In this document: one piece after another, positions 11,201 to 22,800 of the stretch
Numbering within the stretch: position 1 is the stretch's first letter
Layout: each line of letters opens with the position of its first letter
Source: Mytilus trossulus
Lineage: Eukaryota
Direction: 5' to 3'
DNA: 64,000 bases
NCBI RefSeq assembly: GCF_036588685.1
Contig: NC_086373.1
Coordinates: forward strand, 7,378,001 to 7,442,000
Program-made: the position numbers and the translations under genes
The notes under the pieces: generated by a model
Seen by the model: only the letters and a program-made list of their open reading frames with translations
What the model was told of the DNA's origin: nothing
Databases searched by the model: none

Positions 11201-14163
11201 AAAGACAAAGAAATAATCTATCAATTTGCACAAGACGGATTGGTAGAGAATTACTAACTGTGTTGTTGAGTGATTTACCAAAAAAAGTTGAACAATTTCT
11301 GTCAGATGATTTTTTGTTAGTGATTTTTTTTATACAATATACATCATCAAGTTTGCTCAGGATAAATACTATGAATGCAATCATTGTCTATATACATTTT
11401 GTGTACATGTATAACCATTGAATGGCAGTGTTCCCCCTTCAACTTTCAAGTAGCATCCTGGATAACATGTAAAAAGGGAATGATTTTAAATAACATCTTG
11501 TTTCTAAAATTTTAGCTTCACACTAATAAAAAAATCTACAAGAAAACTATTTTGGATATTATCAGATATCCTACTAATAAACCAACCATCACAATACCAA
11601 GATGCTAAAAAGCCATTGGGAGAACACTGAATGATGTTTGTGAAAAATTCTTTAATGAATAATAATGACTGATGGATAATCCGATTGTAACAATATGTTT
11701 AATAAAAACACTAATAGATTTTTTTTATTCTGTGTAGTGTTATATATGTTTGTTAAACAGCTATAGCTCCTATTATTCATCAGTCAATATCATTTTAGGT
11801 AAACCCTTTCAGTGACAGAATTGTAAAAGTGTTCTCCTCGAGTGGAGATGGTAACATGACGTTTGAAGATTTCCTCGACATGATGTCTGTATTCAGTGAT
11901 GGTGCACCCAAGAATGTAAAGGTGGAATATGCATTCAGAATTTATGGTATGACAACAATACATTTATATCTTCCTGTATACATTGTATGTTAATAATCTA
12001 ATACATATATTTCAGTGTAATATTAAACACACTTAACAAAATGGTGTTGTGGTTGATTTCAAGGCCCCTATGCATAATGAATTAATTACATTTAAATCTG
12101 AATGCCTGCTATAATCAAACATACATTATATGATGGTGAAAGTAAAATATGTGTGAAAATCAAATAGTCTATTATGTATACTAGGTATTTTGTTCATGTG
12201 TAAAATAGCATGTAACAGTATATTTATGACATAAAAAGATAATTGGTGCTAACTTTGAATTGTCTGACTTTTACAGATTTTGATGAAGATGACATGATTT
12301 CGGATCAAGACCTGAAAGAAGTAGTAGACAGATTGACAGGGGAGCAAAACCTCAGTAAAGATGAAATGCAGCAGCTTATTGATAATGTAGGTATATTGTG
12401 TAAACCTCAGTAAAGATGAAATGCAACAGCTTATTGATAATGTAGGTATATTGTGTAAACCTCAGTAAAGATGAAATGCAACAACTTATTGATAATGTAG
12501 GTATATTGTGTAAACCTCAGTAAAGATGAAATGCAACAACTTATTGATAATGTAGGTATATTGTGTAAAACAGGGGAGCAAAACCTCAGTAAAGATGAAA
12601 TGCAACAACTTATTGATAATGTAGGTATATTGTGTAAAACAGGGGAGCAAAACCTCAGTAAAGATGAAATGCAACAGCTTATTGATAATGTAGGTATACT
12701 GTGTAAAACAGGGGAGCAAAACCTCAGTAAAGATGAAATGCAACAGCTTATTGATAATGTAGGTATATTGTGTAAACCTCAGTAAAGATGAAATGCAACA
12801 ACTTATTGATAATGTAGGTATATTGTGTAAAATTAAAACCAAAAATTGTCAGAAAAAATAGTGTTATACACTAACTGTTTTAAATTATTAAAATGAATAT
12901 AAATAAATTATTTGCATTCAAAGTACTTTTCAGGAATTATCTTCATCAGGAACATTCAAAGCCAAGGATGTATTAGTACTTTAAACAGGAGAACTATTAA
13001 AGGACAAATTAAGCATAGCTAAATCCATCTACAGTCAAGTTTGCTTGAGGGAGTTGACCCGAGGAGTTGAAACCTTTGTTTCTTAATAATGCCAAAATTT
13101 GAGAATGGATATTAACTCTTTCTTAATTAAAAACCTATCAAAACTGAATTGTATATCAAAATTAAAACCAGATTATAAGGAATCAAAGCAATCCCTTTCT
13201 AGGAAATTACTTATATAGGATTTATATACAATGTTGTCAATTCATAACAGAAATAGCCAAAAAATCATGTCTTTATCACTGTTACATTATATTTTTACTC
13301 TTTGGACACTTCATAATAAATGGCTCATATTAAATAAAGTTGTACATTTCTACAGATTCTAGAAGAGGCTGATTTGGATGACGATGATTCCCTGTCATTT
13401 GCTGAGTTTGAACATGTTATATCAAAGGCACCAGATTTTATCAAGTGAGTTTATAGGATTTTAGTTGAAACTTTTTTTACTGTCAATATGTGTAACCTTT
13501 TAAATATTACTTACTATGACTTATAAATATCATATATTTGGCTGTGATCATGCAGAATTCATTTCTTATAAATGCATATGAAATGAATATATATAAATGT
13601 AAGGGTCAATGATTGATTGATTGAGTATTGTTTACTTAATGTCCAGTGGCAAATGTTTCATGAATTTTCAGCAAGAAATATATATGTCAGTTAGATGACA
13701 AATTAATGACAATTACTGAAGGCAACACATAGCCTTTAGAAATTAACAGGTCTATAGTAGTGCATGCTAAATGGTCTCATGTTAAAACCAAGAAGTGAAT
13801 ACATTAAACAGAAATTGAAACATCTGCCAATAACACAAACCTTTTAGTTATGCAATAAAACAACCACTGAATATGTATATCTTATCTCTGACTAAATCAC
13901 TGAATATGTATATCTTATTTTTGACTAAACCACTGAATATGTTTTTTTTTTTTTTTACTAAACCACTGAATATGTATCTTATATCTGACTAAACCACTGA
14001 ATATGTATATCTTATCTCTTACTTAAATAAACTCATTTAGATTGGCTTAGATTTGGTTTAACAGTATGGGCTGGCTTGTTGTGGAAGTTAAAAATGTTGT
14101 TGTCACAAATAACATATCAATAAAATTATTCTTCATTTCAGCTCCTTTAGAATTCGGCTGTAG
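8280..14163 (+). CDS. CIB1: Calcium- and integrin-binding family EF-hand protein (CIB1/CIB4-type), 186 aa, 7 exons
   Basis: Exons 8280-8330, 9905-9939, 10818-10923, 11799-11946, 12277-12386, 13356-13444, 14142-14163 (561 nt, in frame). [29 protein letters not shown]...[38 protein letters not shown]...YAFRIYDFDEDD...[36 protein letters not shown]. Has an N-myristoylation-type MG start and CIB family motifs. Paralog assignment is less certain than the family. Confidence 0.92.
9155..9350 (+). repeat. Highly abundant dispersed repeat (core GAGTTGTCTCATTGGCAATCATACCACATCTTC)
   Basis: Near-identical copy at 40690-40880. The core also occurs at about 1450-1497, 3575-3630, 16510-16665 (rev), 23370-23560 (rev), 31030-31180, 31280-31312 (rev), 57665-57700 (rev) and 63200-63235 (rev). 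Confidence 0.8.
10025..10290 (+). mobile_element. Short Helentron-associated (HINE/DINE-like) element
   Basis: TTATTAGCTCACC start, GCGTC-rich tract, GGTGAGC subterminal inverted repeat and 3' hairpin AGGCTCTTTAGAGCCT; inserted in a T-run. A longer relative lies at 25737-26745. Confidence 0.75.
12346..12828 (+). repeat. Tandem array (55- and 69-bp units) duplicating the CIB exon 5 3' end and its splice donor
   Basis: Original plus units 12402-12456, 12457-12511, 12512-12566 (55 bp), 12567-12635, 12636-12704, 12705-12773 (69 bp) and 12774-12828 (55 bp). Each contains GATAAT|GTAGGT. Confidence 0.95.
13858..14025. repeat. Minisatellite, about 33-bp unit AAACCACTGAATATGTATATCTTATCTCTGACT, about 5 copies
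   Basis: Direct reading of CIB intron 6. Confidence 0.85.
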
Positions 14164-16910
14164 AATGGATTAATGAAACAGAAAAAGATCTGTGATAGAC
14201 GTGACGATCAACCAGACAACTGTTATAGTTTTCTCTCTGTCTAGACTCAGTAGCATAATAGTTATACATTGTCATCTTTTTTAGTACTTTCCGAAATTTT
14301 AAATATACAATATTTTTGTACAAACTTGTCTATTACATTCATTATCTTAATATGTTTATCTTTACAGTTAACCATCTAAAAAATAGCTAGTAATCAGGTT
14401 TTTTGTGTTGTTTTTTTTAATTAGAAAATGCATCTTCATAATTTGGAATTTTCATTTATGTATTCTCATCTTAAAAATATATTAAATTTTTATCTTTAGA
14501 AAGTAGCTTCTGGGATAGGTCACTTTAATCTACATTCCATTAAGATTTCTTCATTCAGTCAGAAAATCTTTGTTGTAGAGGGTATCTTTATCTTATAGAC
14601 ACAATATATTATAATATCTGTTTTTCTAGCAAAGTTACAATTAAATTCATAAAATAGATTCATTCATTTAAGCATTCATTATATGTATATACTCTATGCA
14701 ATTGTTTGTGTGTTCTCAGGTTTGTCCTGGATTTGTTTCTTTACATATTTGTGTATAGATCTAGATTTTATATTGTGACAGTAATAGTCACAAAAAAATA
14801 ATAAAAAGCATTCTTTACAATTTTTCTCTTGATATATTTTATTATGACAATTGTGTTTGTTCTCTGTATTAATTATTTGATTTTATGACAGTTTAGTGGA
14901 TTATTGACACATCAGAGTAGGTTTTCTTTAATCGTTGAAGGATTTTAGCACCATGGAACCTTGATATTTTAATTCCTAAGGTTGGTCTCTCTCGAATGAT
15001 TTTCACTCAAGTAATCATTTTGGAGAGACCCATCTTAAGAAATAAAGGATAGCAAATCAAATTAGTTTGAAGGGAAAACACTATTTTACATTTTTAAAGT
15101 ATTTAAAAGTGCACTTCTACTTTGAAAACACAAAAAAACTGTTACTAAATAGGTTTCAGAGTTTTATGATATGTATAACATTTTTGTTACAACGGATTTA
15201 CATTTGAAAACAATGCTAAAAAAGAAAAAAAAAACAATTTTTAGACTTGGGCTTTATTTTATAATACATTTAAATTTGAGCAATTGTTTGTTTTCAATTT
15301 TATCAGAAGTGAGTATTTTACAATTCTATAGTCAAAAATTGAGTAAATGAATATTCCTAAGGTGTGTTAAAGGGCATTTTACCATTTTACATTGAAAACT
15401 GAGGATTTGTGATGGAAACCTTTCATTTGGTTTAAAACATTGAGAATGTAATGGATCCTGCGATTGCAAGTAAATGCCAATTTGTTTTCAAATAAATTAT
15501 ACAATGTGTTCCATTGTGCTTCTTTTACAGATGAACTATAGATATAAATGTTTTACAATATAATTTTAGCATTGTATTTGGTCATATTTTTCATCATTTT
15601 ACTTTTAAGTAAATTTGGTTTATATGTTACCAATTGTTATTTGTTGAATTCCATATGTTCTATGTTTAATTTTAATGTATGTTACATTTATATAAAATGT
15701 ATATTTTATTCTATAGCCACAAGGTTGTGAATAATGATAAGATATTATAACCCTTATTGTTTATAATTTGGTACAGAATGTTAATGCAAGAGCAAACCAT
15801 GCTCACTTCACATTTGAAGACATTGGAATTCTGCTTTAAAATCTTTATTAAAAAAAAAAAGCAGATTCTATGGATTTATTAATTTTCATAGATACTTATT
15901 TCTTTGGATTAAGAACAAATTCTGTTTTTGTGGATATTTGATTTTGACAGATTATCCATACAAGTCTATATGGAAATACATATTTTGTTTATCACAAAAA
16001 TTGATGGATTGCCTATACCAACAATGTATTCCAAAAGATCACATAAATTTGATTCTCCTATTTCAATTACAGAGGACTAGTATAGGCACCGCTAAATTTA
16101 AGTTGAATAGCCTTTATCAGACATAACATGTCTTTAACAACAACTGAAAGACTGCCGAGGAAGTTTTTCTTCATGTGAATTTTTGTATAATATTTTTATT
16201 CAATATGTACTTTATTCATCATACTTTTTTCATCATACTATTTTCTTATAAGTTAGAAGCAATAAACAATCATTTGTTTTTATATTTCATTATTTTATCC
16301 AATTAATTGGAAAGCCTATACGATGTCCAAACCATTCCTTACAGTATCAGGAAGCATTATTTGATCTTGTGTTTTTGTTCTCTGTAATGTCTGAATTATG
16401 GAGTGAAGGAAGCCCTTAATGATATTCACTCTTACAAACAGTAAATATTGATATTAAGATAACTGTGTTTTATCACTTTAAATGATTGCAAGATACACAT
16501 ATATCAAATAGGTAGATGTGGACTGATTGTCAATAAGACAACTCTCCACAAGAGACCAAATGATACATAAAATATTAACTATAGGTCACTTAAACTATGA
16601 GCAAAGACCATTCTGCATAGTCAGCTATAAAAGGCTTCAAAATGACAAATGTAAAACAATTCAAATATCATAAACAAGCATGTCCATTTGAGGGGTTGAT
16701 CTGACCTTGACCTTGTTGTTTAGATTCCATAAGAAACAATTCAACTAGATTTGGTGTATAAAATATTTGTAAGGTGAACATTTCTGCTGACCTTAATCCT
16801 CTGATTTTGACCATGATTTGGTGATCAAGGTTATCTTTTTGTGGTTTAGGTGTTAAATATATTAAGGGCAATTTAAAATATGTCAATTAAAGACACCATC
16901 ATGGTCAAAA

Positions 16911-17262
16911 GAGAGCCGTGGTGTAGTGGTTAGTGCATCGGACTACTAACACAAAGGTTCCTGGTTCGATTTCCGTTTGGGATGGAAATTTCAGGAACTC
17001 AATTTTCGGCTCTCCCTTGACACCATCTGCGAGTATGGTCTTGAGGAAACGATGATAGTCCGTCGGAAAGGGACGATAAATGGCTGACCCGTGTTAAGAG
17101 AGAGCCACATCTCTTGCATGTTAAAGACACCCTTGTAGATTTCGAAAAAGAGTAGGCTAATGCCGCTACAAGGCAGCACTCGCACCCGCAAAGTGGAAAA
17201 GGATTAATATAAGTTGCAAAACTTGTTTCCCAATCCACTATAAATAAATATGTTTAAACTAA
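16911..17262 (+). mobile_element. tRNA-derived SINE with Nin/Deu-like central domain, full length
   Basis: Pol III A box TGGTGTAGTGG and B box GGTTCGATTTCC in a tRNA-like head. Central GATAGTCCGTCGGAAAGGGACGATAAATGGCTGACCCGTGT...GCATGTTAAAGACACCC; AT-rich tail ending GTTTAAACT. A second copy is at 39850-40103. Confidence 0.85.
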
Positions 17263-17759
17263 AAGATTAAGACTGACACTGAAAATAAAAATGTATTCTA
17301 GCTGCAACAAAAGTTTTCTTGTGTCTTTTTAGAAGCAAAATTGTCTGCTGACAATTGAATAGTATTAAACTGACAACAAGGATAGAATCAGCAATATATT
17401 ATTATCAGTCTGAAGGTAAGAACTGTTCATATGATTTAGTGGCATTTTTGATAGAAAACCATAAGGGACATAATGCTCCAAGTGTCTTATTTTGTCACCT
17501 TGATTTTGCAGCAGGTCTTGTCATACTGATCAGTTTTTGCTGTCTACATTTATTTCTATTATAGGTTTTAACAGAAATCCCTTAAATCTTCATAGCTGAC
17601 CCATAATTTGCTGCTAAAATTCTTCAACCACTATTACGTAAATATGAGAATGAAAAATAATATGCGATGATTGGGCTAAAAGGCATAATGGGAAAGTTAG
17701 TCATGTAGGGAGCTCTTAATCGCTGCAACACCTGGCAAGGTATTAACCACCCATTTTGA

Positions 17760-17935
17760 TAATTCAAGGTAAAATCGTGGCCAAAATATTTATCGACGAA
17801 TAATTAACACAATTGGTCAATAGCTAGATGAGGAGCAAGCAGAATTTCGCAAATATTTGCTTTATGTTACATCATCGAACAATGTCATGGTGCAGAATGG
17901 CAAAGACAGCTTTGTATCAACTTTGTGGATCTCTC
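17760..17935 (+). pseudogene. Degenerate RTE-clade LINE reverse transcriptase fragment
   Basis: Frameshifted pieces read LDEEQAEFRK...IIEQC...EWQRQLCINFVD, resembling the RTE RT motif LREEQAGFR...IIEQ..EWQ..LYINFVDF. Confidence 0.6.
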
Positions 17936-18939
17936 AATATCTAGACTGCTTTTCGTAATGAACATCAACACACATTTAATTATCAATATTCACAGCATCT
18001 GTGTCCAACAGATAAGACAGAGACATTGTGTTCTCTTTTCAATTATTTGCACTGTCTACTACTTTTCTAACTCCTATTTGAGTGTCGTTATAACATCGAA
18101 GAGACAGATTGTAGGTTGTTTCAATTCAATTAATTTATTATGAGGTTGTTATTCTGGTGTTTAAAGTTGGAGTTTGTTTTTCTTTTGTCATAGGCATTAA
18201 TTTTAGATGGTGTATTGTTTTACATTTGCTTTTTGCAATATCAGGAATAATACATGATAAATTTGTTTCTAACTCCAAGACAAGATAATAAAACAATTGG
18301 TGTTGTATCGAACTATTATACTTTTAGAACGTTAGTATAATAGTCCCAGATGTTGTACAAGTTAAGGATGTAATTTTCTGGCGTCTGATCTTTTTCAGGA
18401 ATTCTTTCCAAAATTTGATGTGATTCAAGTGGATAATATCGATGAATTCACAAAGTATTATATTTAAACTTCTGTAAAAAATATGTGAATTGACAATGAG
18501 CAGGTTTTTTTTATTATTATGAAAATGTCAAAACCAATCAAGTCAGTCTCTTTAGACAAAATGTTGAGAAAATGATTGAGGGGTATACAAAATTATTTTA
18601 CCAAAATCATGTTAATCATAGTACATCCCATGTCAACTTTTTGTTTTCTAATTTCTTATAAATCCTTTTTTTCAATCATTTATAACATAGAAGTTGAAAT
18701 ATTAAAGAAAGAGAAAAATCAAAAATTGACAGCAAAGGAAATTTAACAGGAAATAGCAAAAAAAAAAATATATAAACTAGCTGTCTTCTATTAACACCTA
18801 CCTATAGTTTTTTTTAGATTATTTTTATTCAGATTTGTCCACTTTATCTTTAGTGAAAGTATAAAAACTATTTTTATTGTGAAACTGTATGTGTGTAAAA
18901 ATTGATGAAAAATGGTAAAATCATTGATTGTATACTAGC

Positions 18940-19362
18940 TTTAAAAAAAAAAATTGCATCAATATATGATTTTTTTTTTCTTTACCCAATTATTTTTTTA
19001 TATTCATATTAACCTACAAATCAGGATAAGTAAAAAAAATCTAGAAAATTGTACATCAATAAGCAGATTCGCTTCTTAGTTTCAAAATAGATGGAAACTT
19101 AATTAATAGATAAACTAAAACAGCTGGGGAAAAATGTTGGTCAGTGTGCTTGTTTTTGAGATAAAGGCCATTAAAAATTTTGCGGTTTATATTAACAGTT
19201 TTCTCTAGACTTTTCTCTTATTTAACATTGGTCACGATCTTAAAAAAAACAATGACAAAAATGGCTCATTAAAAAAATTAGAGGCACTTTGATGATGGAT
19301 AAAAACAGAAGATTCCGAAAATCTGACAAATTATCAAAAAAAATAGTAGCAAACTATCTTTT
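18940..19362 (-). mobile_element. Degenerate copy of the TTAA-target MITE family seen at 20994-21382
   Basis: Shares in reverse orientation the blocks TTGTCAGATTTTCG and TATCTCAAAAACAAGCACA(T/C)TGACCA. Confidence 0.55.
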
Positions 19363-19824
19363 AAAAAGAGACTCAACTTCTAGGAGAAACAAGTCTCTTG
19401 AATTCAACTACATCAAGCAGTTTTCGTGTAGTTGACACTTATTCCGTATATAATTGAAGTACGTTATTGTGTATGAAAACGTTTGGGTATTTAGCAAATT
19501 GTTTAGAAGTAATCTCCCTTGTGCAGATAGGAAAACAGCTGATTCGACAATCAATGTTGTTATTAGCGACGAAGAAAGTAGTTCATAATTTGTAACGGAT
19601 GAATATATGATATAAATGAATGTATTAGGTTTTAAAATTGACTATTATTAATTAAGAATATTGTTTAGAATAAAAATATTGCTATTAAATAACCCCTTAA
19701 ATGAATTTCACATTATAATCGGAACATGAAAATGCACTACTTTACCCGCGTAATATTAGCACGTGTCAGTACATCGGCATGTAAACAACTTGCACATTGT
19801 AATTTCGCTATCTAAAAAGTCATC

Positions 19825-22800
19825 ATGTCGAGGGCGGCTGGTACACTGATTACAACAAACAATGCAACCTTTATTCCCCCAAGGTTCATGCCTGGGTAAG
19901 CAAACATTCAGATATTCCTTTCTTTTACTGTTTGAGTTTTAAAATACAGTTGAAAGATGATTAACATCCTCATCAAGGCCAAGGGATCAATCTGATTTGT
20001 AGTCAGTACAACTTCAGTACAACACCTTTATAGTTTATGATGTGTTTATGTTAAACTATACTGACTCTAATTAAATTGTAATACAGAAGATGGTTAGTCT
20101 GCATTTGAAATGCAATATTAAGGCCAAAAATAAAAAAAGAGTTCAGCTGTATTTTTTTTTTATTATAGGGTTGACAAAATTTTATAGCTGTTGTTATGTT
20201 ACATTTGACGTTATGAGTTTAAATAACAGCCACACTGTATACGTTCTAATCAGATTTTAAGTAAGGATTAGAATTAAGTAAAGGGATATGTGACTTCTAA
20301 AGTATAAAAAGAAGGCCACAAATTGGTAGTGTAGAAATTTTAAAATAGTGACAATTGTAGGCGAGGAAAAAATACACTTATTGTCTGCTCTTTGGTCTGG
20401 TTGTTGTCTCTTTGACACTTTCCCCACTCGGGGGGGCCACTTCCTATGTAATGACTGGTAGGGATGAGCCGCTGGAATAGGTCACTATTTTATGCTTCAT
20501 GATATATGAAAAGGGTGAGAAAATCAGATTAAATATATCAATAGGTTGATATTATCACTTGCTGGATTATATCATAAGTATCTGAAACTAATCAAATGTT
20601 CGTATTTATTTTTGATGCGGTTAAACCACAGTCGTAAATGCATCAGCTATTTGTCAACCCAATTAAACTCTATTTATACAATGTGGTATTTCCACTGAGG
20701 TTAGTTATAGATGCAATAAATCCAATCATTTTGACATTTCCACCTAATTAACATTGAAAAGTTTGTATACATGAAACATTTAAAGAAATTCCATAATATA
20801 GTGTCAGCGTCCTTCAAGAGGGAACGGCAAATGTGACTTTTTATCAGTTTTTAAGTAATGTTAATCTCAGTAAAAGTGATACTATGTGAAGTGCTACTAC
20901 GTTTATCTGACAAAACATATTTTATTGTCTTTTGAAATTGAAAATTCTTCTTAATAAAAGATAAAAAAGGGGCAAATAGAGGAAAGTGTTTAAGGATGTT
21001 TCTTGTCATGTTTTGGAGTTGTTGTCAGATTTTCGAAATCCTCTGGTTTTATCCATTTCAATGCCTTACAATAATTTGCCCATGAACCCCCATATTTCTT
21101 TTTATAATTGTTTTCCATGTATAATTATAAGCAATTTGTAAAAGTTTTATCAATTTTTATTTATTTTTTGATAGTTTTTCAGAACTTTAACTGGTCAATA
21201 ATAAAGCTATGAAAAGTCAAGAGAGAACACTTTCCCGCCAAAATTGCAATGGCTAATATCTCAAAAACAAGCACATTGACCACTATTTTTTTTTTGCTTT
21301 TTTGCTTCTTCATATAATCCCCTATCAATATATACTAGTTTTATGGAAAGTTATTTATTATGAAACTGAGCAGCAGACTTCCTTAAGATGTAACGAATTC
21401 ATTGGAAAAGCAAGGTGTGATTATTGTGACTGCGTTGCTTCTAAACAAGAACGTAAAATGAGCGGGACCTAAAAATTTATGCATATACTAATGTACAAGA
21501 AGATGAAAAATATCCAAATATGTGTATAGGTCTGTTTTTTGTTCATTAATATATGATAAGGTATATATTTTTGATAAACAAAATATATGAAAAGGGTGGG
21601 GTACTTGATGTCTCAGCTGCTCACCCCTACCAACAAAAGTTTGAAGTGGCCCCCCCGAGTTTCCCCATTTATAATTTTATTGTATTGCTATCTGTAGGTC
21701 CAAGACCACAATTATTTCGTAGTGCATTTCTTTGAGACAATAAATGCAAATTAAAAAAATTCCACCTGCGCTTTCTCAATAATTTTTTTACAGTGGTTTG
21801 TACTACTTTTGGGACAAATTATATCAAAATTAAAAAAAAATTCATTGGCTCTACCTCAAAATATGGACAATTTATGTTATTAAAGGGGGTCTTGGGTCTT
21901 GAAATCTTTTGACAGCCTCCCATGTGCTAATTTTTAACCTTTTTCAACAGGACCAAATCACTTCTTTACCTTAAATTTCATTACCCAAATTTTTTGACAG
22001 TGTTATTTCATCCCTTGACTTACTATTTGAGGCACAAAAGATGGAAAAATACATTTGGAAGGGGTATATAACAAATTGGCAAGTAAGTTGAAGTAACACA
22101 CTGTCCACACTAGGGACTAAATTTCTTGGACAACGAAAATCAAGGGACGACAATTGTATTCTCGGACCAACAGCACTAAGATTTCTGAATATAAAAAAAA
22201 TGTCTAAAGCTACAGTGAATTGTTGAATGATGTGACAGATGCCTAAATAACGATCAGGTCTTTTAACATATTGTTTGACACATAAAATTGGTTGTGTTGG
22301 TCAAGCATAACATTATTTTACATGGACATTGTATTTTTGTGGCCATCATATATAAATGGATTATAACCAAAATTAAGAAAGCACTGTTAAATTATTAAAT
22401 ATAATAAATAGTATAAAGAGTTTATGTCTTTGAGATAGAAACCCAAGTCACAGAAATACCCGAAATACTGTTACATTAATGTAATCTGGTCTAGATAATA
22501 TTTTAGTTTTTGACTCACTGTGTAGATCTATTCTTTTGTTAAGGGTATGTCCAATGATATGACTTTCCATGAATGTTTTAGGATAATAAAAAAGAACAAG
22601 AGTTCAGGTTGAATAATCTAAAGTCATTTCTGGTATAGATGAAAAGTTTTTTTGTGTTTGTAAATTTAAAAAAAAATTATACTTTTTTCAACTTATTTAT
22701 TTAACAATGTAATACAAATGTCTTATTATGGCAAAATTACACAAACAAAGTAAAGTACAATATATATATAACTGGCCCGTAGTCAGGAATTTCCAAAGGG

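Noticed and set aside
11791-11805. Recursive splice site at CIB exon 4 (TTTTAG|GTAAAC); similar AG|GT starts at 23053 and 52586
   Set aside because: Explained by required codons (Val-Asn-Pro-Phe etc.). The introns are short, and exon-initial GT is common by chance.
12346-12828. CRISPR-like array or repeat protein ORFs (12531-12785 +, 12486-12842 -)
   Set aside because: Units are contiguous with no unique spacers and there are no cas genes. The ORFs are by-products of the 69-bp tandem duplication of a CIB exon end.
16911-16985. tRNA gene
   Set aside because: A and B boxes are present but the acceptor stem does not pair, and the sequence continues into a SINE body repeated at 39850; it is a SINE head.
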